From: an uncultured virus (IMG/VR IMGVR_UViG_3300027374_000252)
Taxonomy: Duplodnaviria; Heunggongvirae; Uroviricota; Caudoviricetes
DNA length: 64,000 nucleotides
IMG/VR virus record: IMGVR_UViG_3300027374_000252
Direction: 5' to 3' (one strand)
The notes below the pieces were generated by a model. It was not told the DNA's origin. It saw only the letters and a program-made list of their open reading frames with translations, and ran no database searches. The position numbers were made by a program, and so were the translations under genes. Below are positions 24,951 to 34,546 of this stretch, piece by piece; positions within the stretch are counted from its first letter, which is position 1; every line of letters begins with the position of its first letter.

Positions 24951-27071
24951 TTAAATTGATGCAGCGGATACCGGACGTCGGTGATTGCTTATTTTCTTTT
25001 TTCTCGGCAGTATTTTTGGCATCTCCATCTCAAAGAAGCAGATGTGAAGCCCGATGGCTCGGGTCATCAGGAGGTCATCATGTTTTCCCTTTACTGCGCC
25101 AAAAGAGCCGTTCTGTCTCTTTTCATAAGTGAGAAATTCATCAAGACACCGCTCGTCGCGCTCAACATAGGAAGCCTCACGGACTACTTTGACGAGAGTG
25201 GTGATAACCATCGGCTTTGTGTTTATATTGGTATGGAATCCATACTTTACAGGCATACCCTCCACGATGGAATCTTCCGGGGAGGAACGTGCATATAGAT
25301 TGTCGTATACTCCTCCGAGCTGATTCAGGACAAACTGGGACTGGTCGCCGTCCACTTGCCTTTCCTTATCGTGGGTCTCAAGCGTATTGGATTCAATAAC
25401 AAGGAGGGCGTTGTCGTAGAATGCGGCAATCTGTCCGGCTTTCCATGCGAGAAGGTCAATGTCTATATGTCCGTACCACTGAGCGACAACCACAGGTTTG
25501 CCTCCCTCCTGCATGAAGAGACGGTCGAACACAGCAATAACAGACCAGTCTGCCTTATGTGAACGACCACCGATATCAACGACCACAAGATAACGATTGG
25601 TAACAATCTCATCGGGGTCTATTTCCGGCAATGCCCAAACCCATAGTTCACCCTGCGCATCTTCCGAGAAGCGAACATTGCGGAATGCTTCTTTTCCTGT
25701 ATCACGGTCGGCATACACATCGCCTATATGCTTAGGCGGCTTACATGTTTTCTTCATCGCTTCCACCCTATATTTGTCAAAGACCTTGGCTCCAGAGTGA
25801 ACGAATGCCTCAACATCGTCAGTCGGGAACTCCGCAGCCATTACTTCATGAGAATTTTTGCCGGCTCTCTCGCCAATATACCACTTTATGCCTTGAAGCG
25901 TAGCTCCTTGATTCCAGAGCCACCATAGATATTTGCCCGGTTCCTCACGCTTAGAGGCAACATTGGAGCTGAGCCTATTAGTATAAAGCCACTCGGCAAA
26001 CGTCCAAATCTCATCATTGGGAATGGGAGCGGAATACAGGTCAATATCGAACCACGAAATAAATAGGGCATCAAACTGAGACTTACCAGCCTTGGCGTTG
26101 TCGTATTCCTCTTGAAAGAAATTGCCTGTACCGTTGGCCGTTGATTCATAAATAATCATGGTATAAGGACGGAGAAGGACACCGGAACAGGCAGAGCGCA
26201 CTACCGCTTCGGGAGACTTCTTTTCAGTTGGGGCCCACAGCCCGACCTCGGAACAGTGGACGAGCGAGTATGCATCGCCTCGGAGTGCATCGGGCGCTTC
26301 GTATGACGCAATGGTAATAGTACAGTCGCGCTGAGGAATTTGCTTGTAGTCTCCGCTCTGACCTACATTGACCATCTTAGGTTCCTTATCGGAGAAAGAC
26401 GTACCCTGCGGATACATCATAGCGAGGGGATAGTATTTCAAGGCGCGGTCATACATAGCCTTGATAGCAAACGATGTCTTTTTAGTCTGCGCTACAATGA
26501 CGGAGTTTAGTGAGACCTTATGAACGAGCTGAAGCCAACACATGTAAATCTGCGAGGTGGTGGAGCCACCCCACTGACGAGCCTTCAGAAGCACAAGGCG
26601 TATAGGACGTCCGGCAAGACGCATTTCTTCCAGTTTGGCGACAAACCGACGTTGCGGACGTGTGAGCCTAAAAGGTATCTCACCTTCGCCAGGCTCTTTT
26701 GACTGAATCGTGACAAACGTGGCAGCCCAAAATGGGAAGTCATGGCGGGAACGGATGCGAACAAAGGCATCTATTACCTTCAGCCTGTCCTCATCGGTGT
26801 AATCCTCAGTAATCGTATCCGTTATAAATCTGTCGAGATTGCCTGCTTCAACCAATTTTTTTACCAAAGGGACGGACATCATCTTGACAGGGATCCACTG
26901 AACGCGAATCGGGAAACCGTTTATAACCACTTTTACCCTCTCTCCGACTGAGCCGAACCCGGTCACAGGATTGAAGGGGACATTGATTGCATCGAGTCTC
27001 CGCTTATTCTCCTTGATTATCTCTGCGATGGCTTTCTTAATCTCATCATTTATTTCTTGAGGCGGAAGCAT
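24951..27071 (-). CDS. terL: Terminase large subunit
   Basis: Walker A LLKARQWGGST, Walker B-like VHCSEVG, YESTANG, nuclease VVVDIG..DWS, HDDLLM. Confidence 0.95.
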   Translation of the reverse strand: MLPPQEINDEIKKAIAEIIKENKRRLDAINVPFNPVTGFGSVGERVKVVINGFPIRVQWIPVKMMSVPLVKKLVEAGNLDRFITDTITEDYTDEDRLKVIDAFVRIRSRHDFPFWAATFVTIQSKEPGEGEIPFRLTRPQRRFVAKLEEMRLAGRPIRLVLLKARQWGGSTTSQIYMCWLQLVHKVSLNSVIVAQTKKTSFAIKAMYDRALKYYPLAMMYPQGTSFSDKEPKMVNVGQSGDYKQIPQRDCTITIASYEAPDALRGDAYSLVHCSEVGLWAPTEKKSPEAVVRSACSGVLLRPYTMIIYESTANGTGNFFQEEYDNAKAGKSQFDALFISWFDIDLYSAPIPNDEIWTFAEWLYTNRLSSNVASKREEPGKYLWWLWNQGATLQGIKWYIGERAGKNSHEVMAAEFPTDDVEAFVHSGAKVFDKYRVEAMKKTCKPPKHIGDVYADRDTGKEAFRNVRFSEDAQGELWVWALPEIDPDEIVTNRYLVVVDIGGRSHKADWSVIAVFDRLFMQEGGKPVVVAQWYGHIDIDLLAWKAGQIAAFYDNALLVIESNTLETHDKERQVDGDQSQFVLNQLGGVYDNLYARSSPEDSIVEGMPVKYGFHTNINTKPMVITTLVKVVREASYVERDERCLDEFLTYEKRQNGSFGAVKGKHDDLLMTRAIGLHICFFEMEMPKILPRKKKISNHRRPVSAASI

Positions 27072-27553
27072 GACAGCGGGGCATTTAGCAAGCCGACGAT
27101 AAGCCCGGCGAGATAGCCATATATATGGATTACGGCATTTACAGCCGGGAAGAAGAAGCCTACCGCAATATACAGCGCCATGCAGGCATTGAAATAGAGT
27201 TTCCGTTTCACATCAAATATCAGTGAGCCCAGTAGTGTGTAGCATACACACGATAATCCAACGGTAGGCACGTCCGACAACAGAAACTCCGGCACAAGCA
27301 CAGCTACTATATATGCGGTAAGGATTCTCCATATTGTAATATGGTAAATAAAAACGATGCTTAGCAGACACCATGAGTTTACAATGGCATGAATTGGAGA
27401 TGCATGGAATATGGGGTATGCCAGTCGCCCGGTGAATGCAGAGCCTTTTGCGATGCCGACCAATGCCCAATCGGGCTTATAAACAAATGAGCATAGGATA
27501 ATGGCCATCACCATAATTAAGGCTGCAGTCTTAGCATTTTTCGTTTGTACCAT
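27050..27553 (-). CDS. Rhomboid-like intramembrane serine protease
   Basis: Multiple TM segments; FHASPIHAIVN, VGLSC (GxS), IHIYGYLAG (HxxG). Confidence 0.7.
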   Translation of the reverse strand: MVQTKNAKTAALIMVMAIILCSFVYKPDWALVGIAKGSAFTGRLAYPIFHASPIHAIVNSWCLLSIVFIYHITIWRILTAYIVAVLVPEFLLSDVPTVGLSCVCYTLLGSLIFDVKRKLYFNACMALYIAVGFFFPAVNAVIHIYGYLAGLIVGLLNAPLSCFRLKK

Positions 27554-27948
27554 TGTTTTCTTGCTTTGTAGAACATGATTTTAGCGGAACTTGGTGAGAG
27601 GTAGAATTTGGGAGCCGGTTGTCGGATTACTATTGAGACGAGCTGATATAATGACATTCGAGGATTTCGACTGCGAAGGCTCAGGACTCTATTGAAAATC
27701 TCTCGGAACATTTCTCTCTTTGCAGAGTGCATATTTTCCAGATTGTTGCCTTTCATCATGTTGGCGATTACAACTGCGGCTCTGATTTCGCTGACCCAAA
27801 ACCGTCGGCATGGCTGATTGACTATGTGCTGAAATACTTCAGGCATACGGATATATGGGCATGAAGCGATGTATCGCTCGTATTCTATCATTAGAGCTGA
27901 AATCCGCTCGTCGGAATATTCTAAAGTACTTCCAATAATCTTAGCCAT
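27517..27948 (-). CDS. Putative transcriptional regulator (candidate late activator)
   Basis: 143 aa from MAKIIGS; two similar halves ending RFWVSEIRA / KFYLSPSSA, HTH-like; divergent from capsid operon. Confidence 0.5.
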   Translation of the reverse strand: MAKIIGSTLEYSDERISALMIEYERYIASCPYIRMPEVFQHIVNQPCRRFWVSEIRAAVVIANMMKGNNLENMHSAKREMFREIFNRVLSLRSRNPRMSLYQLVSIVIRQPAPKFYLSPSSAKIMFYKARKQWYKRKMLRLQP

Positions 27949-27985
27949 TACTTTTCCCTTTATTCCAAAATTAGCTTTTACGTGA

Positions 27986-28030
27986 GTAAAAAGATATAAG
28001 AGTATGCTTTCATTTTGGGCATATATTTGC
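27986..28030 (+). promoter_or_regulatory. Late-type promoter upstream of scaffold/capsid operon
   Basis: GTAAAAAGATA (ends 27996)-N25-TATATTTGC (28022). Confidence 0.65.
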
Positions 28031-28065
28031 AATTGGAAAAAGTATAAATTAATAAATCCCAATTT

Positions 28066-28857
28066 ATGCCTGATAATAATACAGTTAAGAGCAAACGCGA
28101 CATGACAATGGAGCGCATGAAGGCAAAATATCCGGAGCGGAACTTTGATGACGATGAAGCGTTTTTTGGTCAAATCAACGATGATTACGATGATTACGAC
28201 AAGCGTCTGGCGGAGAGTCAGAGTCGCGAGGAATCCTTTTCCAATATGTTTACCTCCAATCCGAAGTCGGCACGGTTGATGATGGAATGGAAAAACGGTA
28301 ATGACCCTGTAGTGGCGCTGATACGCATTTATGGTAAGGAGGATATTCTTTCAGCAATAGAAGACCCAGAGAAACTTGAAGCGATAGAAACGGCAAACAA
28401 GGAGTTTGCCGAGCGGGTTGCCAAGAATGATGAATATGACGCACAGTATGAGAAGAATCTGCCTGCGAGTCTACAGGCTATTGAAGATTGGGCGTCGAAG
28501 AGTGGTGTTAGTGATGATGACATTGACAATGCGGTGACGGCCTTATCAAAACTATGTGGAGATTTCATACTTGGCAAAATCGCGCCTGAATCCATAGAGA
28601 TGATATTGAAGGCTCAGAACTATGACTCGGATATAGAGCAGGCCCAGATGGAGGGTGAAGTAGCCGGGCGCAATGCCAAAATCGAGGAGAAACTTCGCAA
28701 GGGTAAACAGGGAGATGGAACAGTGGCGCTTAACGGTAAGAATGGTCAGGGTGTCGGGAGCCGTCCCAAGCGAGATTTGGGAGCACTTGACCGTTATGAC
28801 AGTGGTCGCCGGAGCATATTTGAGCGTGGTGGAGAGAAGCGTATACAAAGGAGATAG
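28066..28857 (+). CDS. Capsid scaffolding protein (putative)
   Basis: Acidic helical 263 aa immediately upstream of major capsid. Confidence 0.65.
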   Translation: MPDNNTVKSKRDMTMERMKAKYPERNFDDDEAFFGQINDDYDDYDKRLAESQSREESFSNMFTSNPKSARLMMEWKNGNDPVVALIRIYGKEDILSAIEDPEKLEAIETANKEFAERVAKNDEYDAQYEKNLPASLQAIEDWASKSGVSDDDIDNAVTALSKLCGDFILGKIAPESIEMILKAQNYDSDIEQAQMEGEVAGRNAKIEEKLRKGKQGDGTVALNGKNGQGVGSRPKRDLGALDRYDSGRRSIFERGGEKRIQRR

Positions 28858-28891
28858 TCATATAATCAATTAATTTTTAATCAACAAAACA

Positions 28892-30334
28892 ATGAAAACA
28901 GCAGTAAGTAAAGCAGCTCGCTTTCTGTTCAACTTCATGCTTGCGTTAGTCACCATAGTGGTGGGGGCATCTTCGGGTGTGATGATGGCAGAGGCGGCAA
29001 ATCTGCCCGATGCGGGCAAAACTAATTCCGGTGCAGACGGTACCGGAGGTACTGACGGTATCGCTACCGAGACACAGGGCCGTGATGATGGAGACCCCAA
29101 TTTCTATTCACAGGAAATTGACAGCCGTATCATCAAAATCCGACCGATGGCTACACCTATCGACCAGATTAGCCGATATGCCAAATCTGAATCAAGTGGC
29201 AGCTTTGAGATCAAGTATTACAGTGTAGGCACTCGACCTATCAAATGTACGCTGACAGAAGCGGTATCCAAGCAGACATCCGGCGCAAGTGTTCCTCTGC
29301 CTGTGGATGATGCCTCGATGTTCACGCTTGACGATACTATCCGAGTTGTCGGAGTGAAAGGTGTCTATATGGAGAACGGTCAGAAATACGACTCTGAAGG
29401 TGACAATGTGCCAGACCTGATTCTCTGCGTATGTGGCAAGAATGAAAACTCTCAGATACCTGTGGTCTATGCCGTAAACGGTGAATGGAACGCCACGACA
29501 AAGCAGGCAGACCTTGTGCCGGATATACCTAAGGGAACGACCCTTGTGCGCATGGGCAAGGCTTGCGGTGAGCTTGATGTACAGACCGGTCGATTCAACA
29601 ACATACCTATGCCGGAGACTCAGTATTGTCAGAACTTCATGATTCAGATTGAGCAGTCGACATTTGACAAACTTGCAAAGAAGGAGGTCAAGTGGGATTT
29701 CTCAGACCTTGAAGAGGATGGTATCTATGATATGCGTCTGGCAATGGAGAATACGTTCTTGTTTGGCGTGAAGAATAAGATGAAACATGCGACGAAGGAG
29801 GGTATGCTTACATGGTTTACGGGTGGTATCTGGTGGATGGCCGGTAAAGATATCGAGGTCGGTACATGGAATGCTGATAAGAAATGTGCAGTTATCACAG
29901 ACAATGACCTTGTTGACATAACTAAGGAACTGTTTGTCGGAACAGGCATCGGTAATAAGAAGAAGATACTTTTCTGTGGCAGTGATATGCTTGCGGCTTT
30001 CTCCAAGATTGAAAGTGACAAGTTCCGTCTGAAGGAGACGGTTGAGATATGGAATCTTAAATTCAAGTCGTGGGATACGGACTTCGGCGAGGTGCTTACC
30101 ATACATCATGAGCTGTTTGACTTAAACGGCATGAAAGATTGCGGTTTCGCAATGGATCCGGAGTATCTCAACAAGCGTACCCATATTTCCTGGGGCCGTA
30201 ATGTGCTTGACATGAAGAAGGCGGCAGTACGCAATACACAGGCAGTTGTAATACAGGAGGTGTCATGTCTTTATCTCCGCTATGCAAAGGCCCATGCACG
30301 TATGAGACTTGCGCAGGCGCCTGTAGAACCTTAA
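28892..30334 (+). CDS. Major capsid protein
   Basis: 480 aa; YCQNFM, DMRLAMENTFLFG..FTGGI, WDTDFGEV resemble HK97-fold podoviral capsids; position after scaffold. Confidence 0.8.
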   Translation: MKTAVSKAARFLFNFMLALVTIVVGASSGVMMAEAANLPDAGKTNSGADGTGGTDGIATETQGRDDGDPNFYSQEIDSRIIKIRPMATPIDQISRYAKSESSGSFEIKYYSVGTRPIKCTLTEAVSKQTSGASVPLPVDDASMFTLDDTIRVVGVKGVYMENGQKYDSEGDNVPDLILCVCGKNENSQIPVVYAVNGEWNATTKQADLVPDIPKGTTLVRMGKACGELDVQTGRFNNIPMPETQYCQNFMIQIEQSTFDKLAKKEVKWDFSDLEEDGIYDMRLAMENTFLFGVKNKMKHATKEGMLTWFTGGIWWMAGKDIEVGTWNADKKCAVITDNDLVDITKELFVGTGIGNKKKILFCGSDMLAAFSKIESDKFRLKETVEIWNLKFKSWDTDFGEVLTIHHELFDLNGMKDCGFAMDPEYLNKRTHISWGRNVLDMKKAAVRNTQAVVIQEVSCLYLRYAKAHARMRLAQAPVEP

Positions 30335-30406
30335 CTGATAATCGGGTGTGGAGGCTACCTGACGATGCTGCAAAGATGAGTACAGGTCTCCACCCCCATA
30401 ATCTAA

Positions 30407-30567
30407 GAGATTGTCTAAAATTCATATTACTTTGCTTTTGAGAGTCTTGTCCGCGTCTTTTTGTTTATTCTTCGGTTATGTAGCTACGGCTACACTCCCT
30501 CATCATAAGCAAAAATCCATCTGACAATCCTTCTCAAAATCGGTATCATATAAATTTAGACAATCTC
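30407..30567. mobile_element. MITE-like element, 161 bp, TIR GAGATTGTCTAAA, flanked by TAA
   Basis: TAA|GAGATTGTCTAAA ... TTTAGACAATCTC|TAA; no ORF. Confidence 0.7.
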
Positions 30568-30603
30568 TAAAACATATATTATTAAACAAGCTCTCAAGAG
30601 ATA

Positions 30604-31125
30604 ATGAAAGAATATAGAGCAAATTCGGATATCAGTATATCGGTTGTTCTTCCCAACGGGACGAGCACGCGGATTTCATTCATAACCTTATCCAGTGGGA
30701 TGAGTGTATTCTATACGTCAGACAAGGATATTCAGTGGGCATTGGAGCATCACTACAAATTCGGCAAGCTGTTCCGTCTTGTCGGAGAATCTTTGGAACA
30801 AAAGCCTACAAGAAACAAAACGCAAAGAACGGGACAGGATAAACCATCTGCGCCTAAATCCGGTAAAAAAGCCGACAAGACTAAAAAAACTGACGAGACT
30901 GAGATTACTGAAGTAACAGAAGAAGTAGCTGCCACAGATGAAACGGCCAACGATACCTCAGTAGATGATGAGACCTCAGAATACACGGAAGTCACTGTAA
31001 GCGACATGGACGCAGCCAAAGACTATCTTGCGGAGAATTATGAAGTTGTCCGCACAAAGTTGAAAAGCGAGGACAGCATCAGAGAAGCCGCCTTATCTTT
31101 CGGCATCATATTCAAATACCTCTAA
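30604..31125 (+). CDS. Hypothetical virion-associated protein
   Basis: 173-aa ORF after capsid with acidic linker. Confidence 0.7.
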   Translation: MKEYRANSDISISVVLPNGTSTRISFITLSSGMSVFYTSDKDIQWALEHHYKFGKLFRLVGESLEQKPTRNKTQRTGQDKPSAPKSGKKADKTKKTDETEITEVTEEVAATDETANDTSVDDETSEYTEVTVSDMDAAKDYLAENYEVVRTKLKSEDSIREAALSFGIIFKYL

Positions 31126-31358
31126 GAGCTTGTTTAATAATAAATGTTGCCGCCAGGGTCGTGTAGCATCAGATGAATTTAACAACTCTTATACAAAATA
31201 TATCAACGATATGATACGAATTAGCTTCCGTCGGTCATTCGCCGGCATCTTTCCGCCTGCTCTTCAGTCGTTATGGAACCCCATAACTCCCTCATCACAA
31301 GCGAAAATATGCTCGCCGACTGACCGCCCTGACGTAACATTTATTATTAAACAAGCTC
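31126..31358. mobile_element. MITE-like element, 233 bp, 23-bp perfect TIR, flanked by TAA
   Basis: TAA|GAGCTTGTTTAATAATAAATGTT ... AACATTTATTATTAAACAAGCTC|TAA; left TAA is the stop codon of 30604-31125. Confidence 0.75.
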
Positions 31359-31365
31359 TAAGAGC

Positions 31366-31998
31366 ATGATAGTGCAGGTGGATGATATGGCTGGGGATGT
31401 GCGTGTTGCCATTGATATGAATCGTGGTGATGAGCCTCTATTTGTGGAGGGAGACACCGACACGCTGACGCTTGATGAGATAATCATGGCCAAACTCGCC
31501 GATGCAGTGAGATTGGTAGAGATGGAAGCACCTGCGACCATGCTTGAAAGCGGTCACGACTTCGGGGATAATATCTTTATCGGGGAGGACGGGAAAGGCT
31601 TTGTCATTCTGCCGGAAGACTTCATGCGACTCATATCCTTCCGCATGAGCGATTGGAAGCGCACTGTCTTTGAAGCCATAAGCGAAACCGACCCTCAGTA
31701 TGCTTTACAATCATCCAAGTGGAAAGGTATCTGTGGAAATCCGGAGAAGCCTGTATGCGCCATCGTGAGACGAAGCGAGGGTAAAGTGCTTGAGTTTTAT
31801 TCAAGCCGCGACAATAGGGCTATTGTGACTCAAGCCACATATGTCCCGACACCGAGGATAGACGGAGACGGAGGGATTGATGTAGCAGAGGATTGTTACC
31901 GTGCGGCTGTGTATCGTGCGGCATCACTGGCCTTGGCGAGCGTAGGAGACCAACTTTCGACAACGATGCTTGAAATCAGTAAATCATTACTACAATGA
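31366..31998 (+). CDS. Putative head-tail adaptor / tail ring protein
   Basis: ILPEDFMRL motif, 210 aa, position after capsid. Confidence 0.55.
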   Translation: MIVQVDDMAGDVRVAIDMNRGDEPLFVEGDTDTLTLDEIIMAKLADAVRLVEMEAPATMLESGHDFGDNIFIGEDGKGFVILPEDFMRLISFRMSDWKRTVFEAISETDPQYALQSSKWKGICGNPEKPVCAIVRRSEGKVLEFYSSRDNRAIVTQATYVPTPRIDGDGGIDVAEDCYRAAVYRAASLALASVGDQLSTTMLEISKSLLQ

Positions 31999-33161
31999 GC
32001 ACAAATAATAACATACAAGGTAGCGCGAGTGTAAGCCGAGACTTTTCAGTCGGTGGTGACGCCAGGGTGAATGGTAATGCTGAGGTATGTCACAATCTGA
32101 TTGTGAAGGGATGGCTTGAGGCTCCTAATATCAAGGGTCCTCTGAAAGGCTTTTTCAATAGTGAGGAAGCTCTTAAGAGGGCTTATCCTCGTCCGATGGC
32201 CGGTTGGTATGCGCTTGTGGGGAGTACTCTTCCGGCGGATATATGGGTGGCTGAGCTTATTGGCCGTCGTTGGGAATGGGCTCCGACGGGAGAGGTTGGC
32301 GGGGAGTTTTCGCTTCCGCTTGACCGTATGGAATATGAGGTGTCGAATCTCAGGGATGATGTGCGTGACCTTAAGGGGATGGTGGGGGATGGTGCGATCG
32401 ATTGGTCGAGCGTTGCGTTTGAGCCGGTAGGGGATGGATGTCGTCTGGCGTTTTCGGTGCGCCTTGCTGATGGTCGAGTTACTCGCGAGGGTGTGGATGT
32501 TCCGGGTGCTACGGATACTGAGTGTGGCTTTATGTCGGCGGAAGACAAGCGTAGGCTTGGAGCGACGGAGGGTCGTGCTGAGGCGAACAGCAAGCAGCTG
32601 TCGGAGCATGCGGAGGTGCTGTCGCGTCTTCCGGAGACGGTTGGGCGGATTGTGGAGGATGCTCTTGCGCGTAGCGGGCGTGGTTATGTTGAGGTGGATA
32701 TGCGTCAATTGAACCGTTGGCTTGAGATGCGTCCGACAGCTCTCCGGCATGAGGCGGGAGGGCAGATGCTGCGTATCGTGGAGGATGGCGCTGTGGTGTG
32801 TATCGCGGAGTGGTACTCCAATTATTCGGAGGCTGACGGAGAATGCCTGTCGGGTGTGATGCGTCTGCGCGGGTATGGTATCTGTCGATGTGAGGATGCG
32901 TGTCGGGGAGTTTTTGCCTACGAGCCCGTGCATCATGGGGAGTATTCCGAATGGGAGATAGCTGACGGGGGCGACCACTGGGGCACTCCTGTGGATGTGA
33001 CTCCGCGCAGATGCCAATGCACACCGCCCGAATCACTCACACCTGGTGAAATCGATGGCATATGGAGCGGCACCGGTTCCGGCTCATCAGGTTCCGGTAG
33101 CGGCGTATTCTCACCCGAGGATATTGATAGAATATGGGAGGAGACAATCAAAAAATCATAA
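31995..33161 (+). CDS. Tail fibre proximal / docking protein
   Basis: LKRAYPRPMAGWYALVG, GFMSAEDK fibre motif, C-terminal EIDGIW/DIDRIW. Confidence 0.6.
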   Translation: MSTNNNIQGSASVSRDFSVGGDARVNGNAEVCHNLIVKGWLEAPNIKGPLKGFFNSEEALKRAYPRPMAGWYALVGSTLPADIWVAELIGRRWEWAPTGEVGGEFSLPLDRMEYEVSNLRDDVRDLKGMVGDGAIDWSSVAFEPVGDGCRLAFSVRLADGRVTREGVDVPGATDTECGFMSAEDKRRLGATEGRAEANSKQLSEHAEVLSRLPETVGRIVEDALARSGRGYVEVDMRQLNRWLEMRPTALRHEAGGQMLRIVEDGAVVCIAEWYSNYSEADGECLSGVMRLRGYGICRCEDACRGVFAYEPVHHGEYSEWEIADGGDHWGTPVDVTPRRCQCTPPESLTPGEIDGIWSGTGSGSSGSGSGVFSPEDIDRIWEETIKKS

Positions 33162-33196
33162 TCCCCAAGCATCAAAACATCTAAACAATTACACAC

Positions 33197-33409
33197 ATGG
33201 CTGAAACAAAATATCTTGATGAAGATGGTGTACGCCATCTTATCGGCAAGGTGCACGAGCTGCATGAGTCGGGCGTCACCGGCATACGTGTCAACGGCGG
33301 CGAGGAGCAGCATGGGGTAGTAGATATCCCATGTGAGTATAATTATATATTCGGCGACACGGAGGTCAGTCCGATTTCGGGCGATGATATCGTGGCGCTG
33401 TTTGAGTGA
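33197..33409 (+). CDS. 70-aa tail fibre linker module
   Basis: N-term KYLDEDGVRHL, C-term ISGDDIVALFE; both motifs shared with neighbouring fibre genes. Confidence 0.6.
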   Translation: MAETKYLDEDGVRHLIGKVHELHESGVTGIRVNGGEEQHGVVDIPCEYNYIFGDTEVSPISGDDIVALFE

Positions 33410-33435
33410 GAACATTGAGAGATTTTCCGGTGGTT

Positions 33436-33611
33436 GAGTCGCCGGGCTACGCCAGGCATGCCGGTGGCGGGTGGCGTAGACCTATGGCTGCGAACCGCTA
33501 TGGCGGCTCTTGCCATAGGCTAACGTTGTGGACACCGCTAAAGCGGTTATGCGCTGACGCGTGGAGTTGCCGGTGGAGCCGGAGGATGGTTGAGTCGCCG
33601 ATGGTTATGCG
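33436..33611. repeat. REP-like palindromic repeat, copy 1
   Basis: 33479-33546 identical to 35486-35553; hairpins CCTATGGC/GCCATAGG and CCGC-TAAA-GCGG. Confidence 0.8.
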
Positions 33612-33718
33612 TTACGCGGGGGTTGCCGGTGGAGCCGTGGGGCGGTGGAGTCAGTCATGAAGCTCGCTACACTTCTTTGAGTAAATCAATCAAAATTTTA
33701 TAACAGTTATATAACATT

Positions 33719-34519
33719 ATGGAAAAGAAAGAATTTCTGGACAAAAACGGTCTGGGCACCCTGGTGACACAGACACGCAACGCGATATCCACGGCCAAGG
33801 CCCAGGCGATATCGCAGGCCGCCGCTGACGCTGACTCCAAGGTCAACGCCCTCGGCGTAGCCGTAAAAAAGTACTCGGACGATGCCGACAATCTCATAAA
33901 GACCGATGTCATCGAGCTACAGGAGGCCGTATGGCCGCTGGCCATCACCTTCAACCTCTCCCCCTCGGTAATCAGAGTGGGCGCAGCCGCTACGGTCACA
34001 GCCTCATGGAATGTCAAGCGCAAAGGCGCTGACGTCACCGCATCCTCTACTGTCAAGCTCAACAACGCGGCAGTCACCGGCACGAGCAAAACACTGTCGA
34101 TAACCGCCGCACAGGCCGTGGCCGGCACGCTGGCCCAGACACTTGACATCACCTGCCAGGGAATCACCAAGCGCGAGACCCGCAACATCAGCGTAGTCCA
34201 CCCGAGCTACTTCGGCACCGTCGCCTCCGGATGGTCGGCCTCGGCATCAGCCGCCGCGGCAAACGACATCAAGGCACTCACCCTGCTGCTCAACACATCG
34301 CGTGCATGCACACGCACCGGCATCAGCGTCACCAACGGTAAAATCGTCTACGCCTACCCCAAGAGCTACGGCGCCCTCACCTCGGTGAAGGACGGCAACA
34401 ACTTCGAGGTGCTCGGCAGCTACACACGCTCCGAAGTCACAATCGACAGTATCGTCTACTATGTCTACGTGCTCACCAATCCCGTCACCGCCTCGGGAGT
34501 AAAACAGATATTCGCATAA
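33719..34519 (+). CDS. Tail fibre component with Ig-like domains
   Basis: N-term EFLDKNGLGTL, coiled coil, Thr/Val-rich beta domains, YAYPKSYG. Confidence 0.7.
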   Translation: MEKKEFLDKNGLGTLVTQTRNAISTAKAQAISQAAADADSKVNALGVAVKKYSDDADNLIKTDVIELQEAVWPLAITFNLSPSVIRVGAAATVTASWNVKRKGADVTASSTVKLNNAAVTGTSKTLSITAAQAVAGTLAQTLDITCQGITKRETRNISVVHPSYFGTVASGWSASASAAAANDIKALTLLLNTSRACTRTGISVTNGKIVYAYPKSYGALTSVKDGNNFEVLGSYTRSEVTIDSIVYYVYVLTNPVTASGVKQIFA

Positions 34520-34546
34520 TCCCCCACCATCTAACACGACACAACT

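Noticed and set aside
32046..33017. 323-aa minus-strand ORF (similarly 41323-42144)
   Set aside because: His/Pro/Thr-rich shadow frames caused by strand skew, overlapping better genes
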